Shown piece by piece: positions 10,397-19,633 of a stretch of 64,000 nt of DNA. A model generated the notes under the pieces. That model ran no database searches and was not told the origin of the DNA. It worked only from the letters and a program-made list of their open reading frames with translations. How positions within the stretch are numbered: position 1 is the first letter of the stretch; each line of letters begins with the position of its first letter. Source of the DNA: Candidatus Latescibacterota bacterium (GTDB taxonomy: Bacteria > Latescibacterota > UBA2968); contig OZ242010.1 of NCBI GenBank assembly GCA_965204745.1, forward strand, positions 2,656,001-2,720,000. Reading direction: 5' to 3'. Made by a program: the position numbers and the translations under genes.

Positions 10397-10505
10397 ATAC
10401 GAATAGACGCACGGGCGTAGCCTACAACACAGCGCAACCAGTCCTGCACCCAAAACCAGTGGTCAGTCTCCGCTTTCGAGCAGATGCTACGCCGGTTGCG
10501 TTTGG

Positions 10506-11555
10506 ATGGTTATGCAGGCGAGCCCGTTCGATGTGGAAATACAACCCGTGACCGATCCCGTTCTCACAACCCAAAATCTCGCTGTGGGGTATGACCGCCC
10601 GCGTCGCGTCGTGGCCGGCGAGATCGACTTGTCGCTCATGCGCGGGGAATTTGTGTGTTTGCTCGGGCCCAATGGCGCGGGCAAATCCACGCTTATACGC
10701 ACACTCGCGGGCATGCAACCGCCGCTCGCTGGGCGCATCTATCTCATGGGCAAAGCCCTCGCGGCGCTATCTGCAACCGACAGAGCGCGCACCCTTAGCG
10801 TGGTGCTCACAGATCGCATCGGCGTCGGCATCGCAGTGGCCCGCGATTTGGTCGCCTTGGGGCGATACCCGCACACCAACTGGATCGGTCGCCTCACGGA
10901 TGAAGATGAACGGGCCGTTTCATGGGCACTTCAAGCCGCGGGCGCATCGCACCTCGCGCATCGCAATGTGGCCGAACTCAGCGATGGGGAGCGTCAAAAA
11001 GTGATGATCGCCCGCGCCCTGGCACAACAGCCCGATCTTTTGATTTTGGACGAACCCACGGCTTTTCTCGATCTGCCCCGCCGCGTGGAAATCATGGCCT
11101 TGTTGCGAAACCTCGCACACGCCACCGGCAAAGCGATCTTGCTTTCCACGCACGACTTGGACTTGGCCCTGCGCTGTGCGGATCGAATCTGCCTATTGCC
11201 CATCGATGGCGCGATGCAAACCGGCGCGCCCGAGGATCTGATCCTCAACGGGGCTTATGAACGCGCATTCCAAAGCGAGGGCATCCGCTTTGACGCGGAC
11301 ACCGGGGCCTTTGTGCTCGCCGCACAACGCGGGCATTCCGCTGTTTCGGTTTCGGGACAAGGGCGAGTCGCCCATTGGACAAAGCACGCACTCAACCGCG
11401 CCGGGTTCCGCGTGACAGATGCACTATCGGCTTGCCACATCAGCATTCGGGAAGGCGATCCCCCTTCTTGGCGCGTAGAACGCGATGGCGCGGTTCGGGA
11501 ACACGCCTCGATTTGCGAATTGATCGCGTCGCTCGGGTGTCTGAATCGGGATTGA
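10506..11555 (+). CDS. ABC transporter ATPase (BtuD/FecE-like)
   Basis: GPNGAGKST, LSDGERQK, LILDEPT. Confidence 0.92.
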   Translation: MVMQASPFDVEIQPVTDPVLTTQNLAVGYDRPRRVVAGEIDLSLMRGEFVCLLGPNGAGKSTLIRTLAGMQPPLAGRIYLMGKALAALSATDRARTLSVVLTDRIGVGIAVARDLVALGRYPHTNWIGRLTDEDERAVSWALQAAGASHLAHRNVAELSDGERQKVMIARALAQQPDLLILDEPTAFLDLPRRVEIMALLRNLAHATGKAILLSTHDLDLALRCADRICLLPIDGAMQTGAPEDLILNGAYERAFQSEGIRFDADTGAFVLAAQRGHSAVSVSGQGRVAHWTKHALNRAGFRVTDALSACHISIREGDPPSWRVERDGAVREHASICELIASLGCLNRD

Positions 11556-11577
11556 CACCTGCGAAAGACGAGAAAGA

Positions 11578-12110
11578 GGGACCTATCCCCCGGCCCCGTT
11601 ATTCGCTTTGCTCATTGTAGGCTACGCCTGTGCCTACGAGGAAAGGGGGAGCGCATGGCTTTCTTGAAGGGTTGCATCCAAGGCTGTTTTGATGGCTTTG
11701 GGACCTATCCCCCGGCCCCTTTCCTGCAAGGAAAGGGGAGTAAAGTTTCTTTGATGGCTTATATCAATGGCTACTCTGATAGCGTTGTGCGAGAGTACCT
11801 ATCCCCCGGCCCCGTTATTCGCTTCGCTCATTGTAGGCTACGCCTGTGCCTACGAGGAAAGGGGAGTAAAGCTCCTTTGATGGCTTCTTTTGTGAGGGGA
11901 CCTATCCCCCGGCCCCTTTCCTACGAGGAAAGGGGAGTAAAGTGCCTTTGATGGCTTCTCGCTATGGTTGCTCTGATGGCGTTGACCGAGGGCATAAAGC
12001 GATTAAAATCCCTCACCCCATCCCCTCGCAAAACCGCTCACTGTTCCCCCCTTCCTCACAGGAAGGGGGGTTAGGGGGGTAGGTCCCAATAAGGCATAAA
12101 GCGATTGCGA
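11578..12110 (+). repeat. tandem array of the composite hairpin repeat
   Basis: Four ACCTATCCCCCGGCCCC...GGAAAGGGG units plus an inverted partner. Confidence 0.85.
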
Positions 12111-12215
12111 AAGCCGCGAAAGAGAGCGGACGGGCACGCACGGGTGGCTGGGGGGAGAGGTGGACTGACTACTGACTACTGACCACTGACTACTGATTCT
12201 AAACCATACATCGCC

Positions 12216-13286
12216 ATGTCTCTACCCATAGAACATAAAACGCAGAGAGGGTCTCGGCGCGTTGTCGCGTTGGGGTTGTTCCCATTGCTCTTGATCGCGT
12301 TTGGTTTGAGTTTGTCCCTCGGGTCGGTTCGCATTCCCCTGACAGATCTGTTGGGCATTCTCGTGGGCCGCGACGCGTCTGTTCCCGCATGGGTGGTCAT
12401 CGTTCACACCATCCGCTTGCCCAAAGCCCTGACCGCTGTGTTGGCGGGCGCCGCGCTTTCCGCGAGTGGGTTGCAAATGCAAACGCTTTTTCGCAATCCA
12501 TTGGCCGATCCCTTTGTGCTCGGCATCAATGCGGGTGCCAGTTTGGGCGTTGCTATCGTGGTGCTGAGTGTGGGATCAATCGGCGGCGTGCTCATCGCTG
12601 GCTTGGGCCTTTTGGGCGATTTGAGTTTGGTCGTCGCGGCCAGTTTGGGCGCAGGGGCCGTGCTCGGCTGCGTGTTGCTCATTTCCGCCCGAGTGCAAAG
12701 CGCGATGACCCTGCTCATTCTCGGCCTGATGTTCGGGTACGCGACCGGGGCCTTTGTCAGCATTTTGATTTATTTTGGCGTTCCCGAACAAATCCAATCC
12801 TACATTTTGTGGACGTTTGGGAGCTTTGGCAGTGTGACGTGGCGGCAAATGCCCGTGTTCTCGGCTGCGATTTTCCTCGGTCTCGCGCTGGCGTTTTCGT
12901 GCGTCAAGCCGCTCAACGCGCTGTTGCTCGGGGAAAATTACGCCCGCAGCATGGGCTTGAATGTCAAACGCGCCCGCGTGTGGATTTTGGTCAACGCATC
13001 CATCCTATCAGGCGCGACCACGGCGTTTTGCGGCCCCATCGCGTTTTTGGGCCTGGCCGTGCCCCATCTCTGCCGCAGCTCGTTGCACACATCCGACCAT
13101 CGCGTGCTGATGCCCGCTGTCACCTGTTTGGGCGCGACACTGGCCCTGTTGGCCGATCTGATCGCCCACTTGCCGGGCAGCCAATACGCCTTGCCCCTCA
13201 ATGCGGTGACATCCCTCATCGGCGCGCCCATCGTAATCGGCTTCATCCTCCACCGCAAAAACCTGATCCAAGCGAATATCCATTGA
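12216..13286 (+). CDS. ABC permease (BtuC/FecCD family)
   Basis: IRLPKAL, MQTLFRNPLADPFVLG, ARSMGLNV, CGPIAFLGLAVPH. Confidence 0.93.
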   Translation: MSLPIEHKTQRGSRRVVALGLFPLLLIAFGLSLSLGSVRIPLTDLLGILVGRDASVPAWVVIVHTIRLPKALTAVLAGAALSASGLQMQTLFRNPLADPFVLGINAGASLGVAIVVLSVGSIGGVLIAGLGLLGDLSLVVAASLGAGAVLGCVLLISARVQSAMTLLILGLMFGYATGAFVSILIYFGVPEQIQSYILWTFGSFGSVTWRQMPVFSAAIFLGLALAFSCVKPLNALLLGENYARSMGLNVKRARVWILVNASILSGATTAFCGPIAFLGLAVPHLCRSSLHTSDHRVLMPAVTCLGATLALLADLIAHLPGSQYALPLNAVTSLIGAPIVIGFILHRKNLIQANIH

Positions 13287-13351
13287 CTTTTTGCGGTCAG
13301 TGCTCTATTTTGTTATCCACATGAAGCCAAAACAAAAACTTGGAAATTGTC

Positions 13352-13627
13352 ATGCCACCCGTCACTGTCACACTGGATACCGATTTGGCTACCTTGTTGC
13401 AGAAACGCGATCAGCCCATTCAGAAAACGGCTCGCGAAATGATCATTCTGGAGCTCTACCGTCAAGGAAGCATATCCAGCGGCAAGGCGGCGCAATTACT
13501 GAACCTGTCGCGCTGGGAGTTTATCCAACATGCATCCCAACTGGGCATTGCTTTCTTTGATCTCAACGCTGAGGAATGGCAACGCGAACGGCTTCGGGCT
13601 GATGAGGCCGAACCATTGACTTTTTGA
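13352..13627 (+). CDS. UPF0175-family antitoxin-like HTH protein, no adjacent PIN partner
   Basis: LELYRQGSISSGKAAQLLNLSRWEF motif. Confidence 0.8.
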   Translation: MPPVTVTLDTDLATLLQKRDQPIQKTAREMIILELYRQGSISSGKAAQLLNLSRWEFIQHASQLGIAFFDLNAEEWQRERLRADEAEPLTF

Positions 13628-13652
13628 GGTCCGTTCTCTCTTTTCTACAAGT

Positions 13653-13931
13653 ATGAATTTTCACACCAAACATCCGCTCGTCAAAGCACTGATCGCCGTA
13701 TTGCTCGTTGGCGCGTTTGCCTGTGCGGTTGGGCACATGCTCGATCACGGGATGCACGAAGACCATTGCGCGATTTGCCATTGGGTTTACGGTGGCACTT
13801 ATCTCGTCAGTGCCGCAGTCGCGCTCGGTGCCTTGTACGTGCATTGTTTTCTCTTTTGGTCGAATCCGACATTTTTCCCCCACCTGTTTTTCCTCGCGCC
13901 GAAAGGCCGTTCCCCTCCAGCAGTCTCCTGA
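13653..13931 (+). CDS. DUF2946-like putative leader peptide (His-rich CxxC, C-terminal RSPP)
   Basis: N-terminal hydrophobic segment, HMLDHGMHEDHCAICH, end PKGRSPPAVS; upstream of a TonB receptor. Confidence 0.7.
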   Translation: MNFHTKHPLVKALIAVLLVGAFACAVGHMLDHGMHEDHCAICHWVYGGTYLVSAAVALGALYVHCFLFWSNPTFFPHLFFLAPKGRSPPAVS

Positions 13932-14219
13932 AAATCAGTTTCCCTTTCCGCAAACCTCTGCATCTGACCCTTTCGCTCATCGTTGAGGATGGGTACAGGT
14001 GTACCTCTTTGGGCGATCACAGGGGCACCGCCCCTACATCGCCTCTGAACTGGCTGTTGCCAGTTGTACCACTTTTGTGCCTTTGAACTGGCTGTTGCCA
14101 GTTGTACCTCGCTTGTGCCTTTTGTGGCTATCGCCTTTTGTGGCTATCGCCTTTTGTGCCTTTTGTGCCTTTTGTGCCTTTTGTGCCTTTTGTGGCTCAT
14201 CTTACTTCAGGAGACTTCC

Positions 14220-14693
14220 ATGTTTTTTCGATTGAAATATCTCGTGGCAGTGCTGGCCCTGTGTGTGGTCGGCTGTGGCAGTGATGATCCCGTGTCCCCG
14301 CAGGAAGAACATTTCGAACCCGAGGGCTTGGTCCTCATCGAATCCGGCAGGCGATTCTTTCGCTACTTTCAGGGAGAGATCGACGCCGGTAGTGGTCGGG
14401 ACGATCACCTCGACGTACCACTTGGCGATGAGACCCCCCACTGGCGCGTCCAATTTTTGGACGAAAATGGCGATGACCTCGCCTCCCCGGATGATACGGA
14501 ATTCACCTTGGGCTGGGAAATTGCCGATGAAACCATCGTCGAAGTCGTCCAAGACGAGGGTGACGAGGGCAAATTTGAATTTCACCTACACGGCCTCAAA
14601 GAAGGAGAAACCACCATCAGACTGCTGGTAAACCACGGAGGCCACGCAGACTTCCGCACGACGCCCCTTCCCGTGCATGTCGTCGCGCAATAA
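14220..14693 (+). CDS. acidic lipoprotein with His motifs, putative metal-binding TonB-receptor partner
   Basis: Lipobox VVGC, EEHFEPEG, NHGGHADF; AGGAG RBS. Confidence 0.7.
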   Translation: MFFRLKYLVAVLALCVVGCGSDDPVSPQEEHFEPEGLVLIESGRRFFRYFQGEIDAGSGRDDHLDVPLGDETPHWRVQFLDENGDDLASPDDTEFTLGWEIADETIVEVVQDEGDEGKFEFHLHGLKEGETTIRLLVNHGGHADFRTTPLPVHVVAQ

Positions 14694-14760
14694 GCGCGTC
14701 CCCTAGCTTTGGACGGGATGGAGTTGCTATCCCGTCCATTTATTTTCTCAGGAGTCCAGT

Positions 14761-17112
14761 ATGAAATTGAAAATGTCAGCATCAGCTGGGACGGGGGCGC
14801 AGGGGTCGCCACGAGCAATGAGCGCGGGCGATTCGTCTTGCACTTGTTCCCGGGCATGCACCACCTCTCCTTTTCGCGCACTGGCTACCGCACAGCGCGC
14901 AGGAAAGTCGTGGTTCTCGCCGGGAAAATGCCCTTTTTGTAAATTGCCCATCCTCTTTCCCCTCGTCTATATTCTCGCGCTCGGCGCGGCGGAGGGGGCA
15001 GTGTTGCTCGAAGGCTATATTTTTGACCGCACAACCCAACGTGCGATTGAAAATGTCGGCATTAGCTGGGACGAGGGCGCAGGAGTTGCCACGAGCAATG
15101 CGCGCGGGCGATTCGTCTTGCGCTTGTCCCCGGGCGCGCACCACCTCTCCTTTTCGCGCATTGGCTACCGCACAGCGCGCAGGGAAGTCGCGGTTCTCGC
15201 CGGGAAAATGCCCATCTTGTACATCGCGATGACCGCGCGGGAAATCGAATTGGACACCCTGGACGTGGTCGCCAAAACCGCTGAAACCCGCTTTGAAGCC
15301 CTCCACGAACTCACGGGCACGCTCGCGGGAGACGAACTCGAACGGAAATACAGCCGCACCCTCGCGGAAACGATCAAAAATGAAATCGGCGTTGCCATTC
15401 GCAGCATGGGGCCTGCGCCCGCGCGCCCGGTCATTCGCGGCTTGAGTGGGGACCGCGTGCAGATCAACTTGGATGGGATTCGCACGCGCGACTTGTCTGC
15501 CACCTCAGCGGATCACGCGGTCGCGCTCGAACCCTACGGCATCCAACGCCTCGAAATCATCCGCGGCCCGCGCACCTTGCTCCACAGCGCGTCCGCCATT
15601 GGCGGGGTGATCAATGCGGTCAAATACAAAATCCCCGAAACCCAACCGCATCGCGTTTCTGGCAACGCGGGCGCGTACGGGGAAACGATCAATCGCGGGT
15701 ATCTCTCCGCAACATCCATCACAACGCCTGTGGGACCGCTCGCCCTGTACGCGGAAACCACGTACCGCGATACGCGGGATGTGCAGACGCCTATCGGCAA
15801 GTTGGACAACACGGCCATCGACACGCGCACGTACACCCTCGGCCTGTCATACCCCACGCGCAGGGGGTACATCGGCGCGTCCTTTGACCAATTCACCACG
15901 GAATACGGCGTACCCGGCGGCTTTATCGGCGCGCATCCCAATGGCGCGGATTTGGACATTTCGCGCCGCGTCTTTGATGGCAAGGCCGCCTACACCTTTG
16001 ACCACGCGGTGATCGATGGGGTCGAAGCGAGTTTTGCCAAAACGTTTTATCACCATTTTGAATACGAATCCAGCGGCAGCATCGGCTCGGAATTTCTGTT
16101 TCACACGTACAACGCGGACCTCGAGTTGCACGTCGGCCCGTCCCGCATCGCCTTCGGCTTTGACCACACCAATCTCAAACTCGGGGGATATGCTTTTACC
16201 CCGCCCACGCGCGAACAAAACGCGACTGTGGGCCTGTACCGCGAATGGACGCATCGCCAACTCGAACTTCAAGCCGCGGCTCGCTACACCTACGCCCAAT
16301 TTGACCCGCGCCCCGATGCCCGAACCCGCGTGGGCCTGGATGTGGATCGCACCTTTCACACCTGGTCCGCGGCCATCAGCCCGCTCGTATCCCTGTCCGA
16401 CGGATTGCGTGCTGGCCTCGGCCTGAGCAGGTCGCAGCGCGTGCCCACTATCGAAGAACTCTACAACGAAGGCCCGCACTTGGCCGCGTACACGTACGAG
16501 GTGGGCAATGTCGATCTCCACGCGGAAACGAGCATCGGCGTGGAGGTGTTTTTTCACTACTTGCGCCCGGGCTTTGATTTTGTCCTCAGCGGCTATTGGA
16601 ACGAGTTCGACACCTATATCGCCCCGCGCAATACCGGGGCGATCAATTTTACCCAACTCTTGCCGATCTACGCCGCCGATGGCATCGCCGCGCGGTTTTT
16701 GGGCGCGGAAATGCACATGGGCTGGCGGCCCGATGCCCGGCTCAATTTGGAATTGAACAGCAGCTACGTGCGCGGTCAAAACCGGACCGATCACCTGCCC
16801 CTGCCGGAAATGCCCCCGCTCAAACTCAATGCCGAAGCGACTTATCGCTTTCCCCTTTTCGCCCTGGGCTTGACCGCCGAGTTCGCCGCGGCTCAAAACC
16901 GCGTGGACACGCACGAGACCCCAACGGATCGCTACATCGTCACGGGCGCGTTCTTACAACGCCACTTCCAAACCGCCCACACCCGGCACACGGTGATGCT
17001 CTCGGTCCACAACCTTTTCAACCGAGAATACCGCAACCACCTCTCGCGCATTCGCTCCGTCATGCCAGAACCGGGGCGCAACGTGCGGTTGAATTACAAG
17101 GTGTATTTTTAG
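14761..17112 (+). CDS. TonB-dependent receptor, ZnuD-like; start at 14761 (ATG) or 14944 (TTG)
   Basis: ARPVIRGLSGDRV, SADHAV, EIIRGPRTLL, ELYNEGPHLA, YRNHLS, EPGRN, terminal F. Confidence 0.88.
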   Translation: MKLKMSASAGTGAQGSPRAMSAGDSSCTCSRACTTSPFRALATAQRAGKSWFSPGKCPFCKLPILFPLVYILALGAAEGAVLLEGYIFDRTTQRAIENVGISWDEGAGVATSNARGRFVLRLSPGAHHLSFSRIGYRTARREVAVLAGKMPILYIAMTAREIELDTLDVVAKTAETRFEALHELTGTLAGDELERKYSRTLAETIKNEIGVAIRSMGPAPARPVIRGLSGDRVQINLDGIRTRDLSATSADHAVALEPYGIQRLEIIRGPRTLLHSASAIGGVINAVKYKIPETQPHRVSGNAGAYGETINRGYLSATSITTPVGPLALYAETTYRDTRDVQTPIGKLDNTAIDTRTYTLGLSYPTRRGYIGASFDQFTTEYGVPGGFIGAHPNGADLDISRRVFDGKAAYTFDHAVIDGVEASFAKTFYHHFEYESSGSIGSEFLFHTYNADLELHVGPSRIAFGFDHTNLKLGGYAFTPPTREQNATVGLYREWTHRQLELQAAARYTYAQFDPRPDARTRVGLDVDRTFHTWSAAISPLVSLSDGLRAGLGLSRSQRVPTIEELYNEGPHLAAYTYEVGNVDLHAETSIGVEVFFHYLRPGFDFVLSGYWNEFDTYIAPRNTGAINFTQLLPIYAADGIAARFLGAEMHMGWRPDARLNLELNSSYVRGQNRTDHLPLPEMPPLKLNAEATYRFPLFALGLTAEFAAAQNRVDTHETPTDRYIVTGAFLQRHFQTAHTRHTVMLSVHNLFNREYRNHLSRIRSVMPEPGRNVRLNYKVYF

Positions 17113-17503
17113 GTCGTGTGTGCCCATCCACTCCCGAGGCCCGCGCTTGCCACACAAGCGCGGGCCAACGGCTCTCCACCCGTGCGTTCCCTGCCCACCT
17201 CTCCGTGTGCGTGACCCCGGCTTTGCGCGCCAGTAGCATCAGTTCCACCTACCCTCCATCACCCGTAGAGACGGGCCAAACCACTGCTCAAATTCATTCG
17301 CAAATTCAACCTACCCTCTAGCCCCGTAGGGATAGGCCCCCGTGCCTGTCCGTGCATATAGCGGTGGATGGCAGGGATCGAAAATCGCGAATGGCGAAAC
17401 GCTGACCGCTATTTGGTTGCCCATCTCACTTGGGGCGTTTATATTGGGCGCGGCTGAAGCAGGACAAAGCGGTGTTCACAACTTGAACCCAAAGGATGGT
17501 AGC

Positions 17504-19630
17504 ATGGATATAATCTCAAGAGATAGAAAATGGCGAGAAGAGCGCACGTTGCAAAAGGCTCTTGCCAAATGCCGCCGTGCAGCTCAGGAAGGATACGAGA
17601 TCGCGAGTAAGAACCTTGACGGAATCAAGATCGCCATAGATGGGGTTTCGGCTGATTTGAAACAAAACTTGTCAAGCCTGAATCATAGACAAGTCAATAC
17701 GAACGACGTCGACGTTCAGCTTCAAAAACAACGCCAACAAGCGGTCTCAGAACTCTATCAGTTGTACAAAAAATCGCGTGCCTCATTGGAAGAGAAACGT
17801 GCGCAGTTGGACAAATTTTCCATTGCCCTCTTTGGTCGCACGATGACTGGCAAGTCAACATTGATGGAAATTTTGACCAACGGCGACGGTTCATCTATCG
17901 GTAAGGGATCCCAACGCACGACCCGGGACGTGCGTAGCTATGACTGGAAAGGGCTTGAAGTTACCGATGTGCCTGGTATAGCCGCGTTTGAAGGCAGAGA
18001 GGACGAAGAAAAGGCATTTGAGGCCGCTGTGCTATCGGACTTGGTGCTCTTTCTCATCACAGACGACGCACCACAAAACGAAGAAGCCAAGTGTCTCGCC
18101 CGCGTTCGGGCACTTGGCAAGCCGATTCTGGGTATCTGTAACGTTAAAGCCGCTCTCAACAATGCAGATGATGTAAGCCTTTTTTTTCGAAGGAATTGGT
18201 TCAAGCGCAAACGAAAGGATCTCGATGCTATCGTCCGACAATTCCACGAGTTTGCGGAAAGAGACAGTCCGGGTAGCCGAATTTCCTTCGCATATACCCA
18301 TTTGCAGTTAAAGTTCCTGTCTCAACAACCTGGGTACGAGCCGCAGAAGGAAGATTTGGAATCTGCGAGTCGCTTCAACCGCGTTGAAGAACAAATCATT
18401 TTGGAGGTGATCAGCCGTGGAACATTCTTGCGATGGAAGAGCTTCATTGATGGCACTGTCGTTCCAATGCTCAAGTTTAGCGACACACTTTTGGATTTTA
18501 GTGCCCAAAACTCGTCCAGTGATCGCGCTGACAAGAGGCGACAAGTCGAGTCGTGGTCTGATCGATTTCGCAAAAGTGGGAAAGAACGTATTGATATGTT
18601 CATCGAGAAAGAAGTGGGCTCGCTACGCGCTAAAATTTCGGGATTCGTGGAAGACAACTACGAGGCGCGCGATGCTGGCGAGTGCTGGAACCGCTTAGTC
18701 GAGAATCAAGGCATAGATCGAAAGGCAGAGAAACTTGTCGAGCAAATCGTGAATGAATGTAAAGACGAACTGTCAGAAATAGCACCGCAACTTAAATCCG
18801 AACTAAATTTCGTCGGTCGGTTTTCTGGCGACCGCAGGATTAGTATGGATTCTATATTTGACTCAAAACGCGTTTGGAACTGGGGGACCAAACTTCTTTT
18901 TGCGCTTAGTCTTGCCGCCGCTCTTTTTGTCAACGGTCCCCTCGGCTGGGTTGCTGGGGCTACTGCGGCAGTAGTTGGAGTAATCGGGCGGCTCTTCTCG
19001 GGACTCTTTAAGGACAGAGAGGCGAAGGTGCGAAAGCAACGCGCACAACTCGAAAGCAGGCTCAAACGAGATATTAAAAAGATAGAACGTAACCTCCAAA
19101 AGCAACTTGGTGATTGGTTCCACCAAGACCTGCTCAAAAAGCAAGTCTCTGTCTGTCTCGACGAATTCTCGGCTATCACATCGAATCTCTTCAAATTGGC
19201 GGATTCACAAAGAAATCTGGCGTGGGAACTCAACAAGCATCAGAAACGTCTGCACCGCATCCTGATCGACAAAGCACTTGGGCAACTTGGACATAAAGAC
19301 TGTGGGAACCTCATTTCGGATATAGCCCGAGTGTCTGGACTGGCAATTATGCTGCTGATTGAGCCTAACACGACATTCCCCGGAGAAGTGCGTAGGGATT
19401 TAGAGAAACTGCTTGGGGAAAAGGTATTCGTAGTCAACACCCGCAACAAAGTCTCAATTTTAGCCCAAGCCATTGGGCTCGACTGCGACCGGAGTAAAGT
19501 CAGTATCGAATCAGACATTCAAGTGGCACACATTCCGGTAGATGATCTCGATAAGGTTGGCATCTCTCGTATCCGGCTCGCACAGCAGTTGACCGAACTG
19601 CATGTGATGAAATCAAAAGGGAGGGTATAA
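17504..19630 (+). CDS. dynamin-like/Era-type GTPase with long helical C-terminus (1)
   Basis: G1 GRTMTGKST, G3 DVPG, G4-like NVK, hydrophobic hairpin LLFALSLAAALF..; lower GC than flanks. Confidence 0.75.
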   Translation: MDIISRDRKWREERTLQKALAKCRRAAQEGYEIASKNLDGIKIAIDGVSADLKQNLSSLNHRQVNTNDVDVQLQKQRQQAVSELYQLYKKSRASLEEKRAQLDKFSIALFGRTMTGKSTLMEILTNGDGSSIGKGSQRTTRDVRSYDWKGLEVTDVPGIAAFEGREDEEKAFEAAVLSDLVLFLITDDAPQNEEAKCLARVRALGKPILGICNVKAALNNADDVSLFFRRNWFKRKRKDLDAIVRQFHEFAERDSPGSRISFAYTHLQLKFLSQQPGYEPQKEDLESASRFNRVEEQIILEVISRGTFLRWKSFIDGTVVPMLKFSDTLLDFSAQNSSSDRADKRRQVESWSDRFRKSGKERIDMFIEKEVGSLRAKISGFVEDNYEARDAGECWNRLVENQGIDRKAEKLVEQIVNECKDELSEIAPQLKSELNFVGRFSGDRRISMDSIFDSKRVWNWGTKLLFALSLAAALFVNGPLGWVAGATAAVVGVIGRLFSGLFKDREAKVRKQRAQLESRLKRDIKKIERNLQKQLGDWFHQDLLKKQVSVCLDEFSAITSNLFKLADSQRNLAWELNKHQKRLHRILIDKALGQLGHKDCGNLISDIARVSGLAIMLLIEPNTTFPGEVRRDLEKLLGEKVFVVNTRNKVSILAQAIGLDCDRSKVSIESDIQVAHIPVDDLDKVGISRIRLAQQLTELHVMKSKGRV

Positions 19631-19633
19631 CCC

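Noticed and set aside
11578-12110. Hairpin repeats with intervening sequence as a CRISPR array
   Set aside because: The intervening segments are themselves repeated and irregular in length, and the units are dispersed in both orientations.
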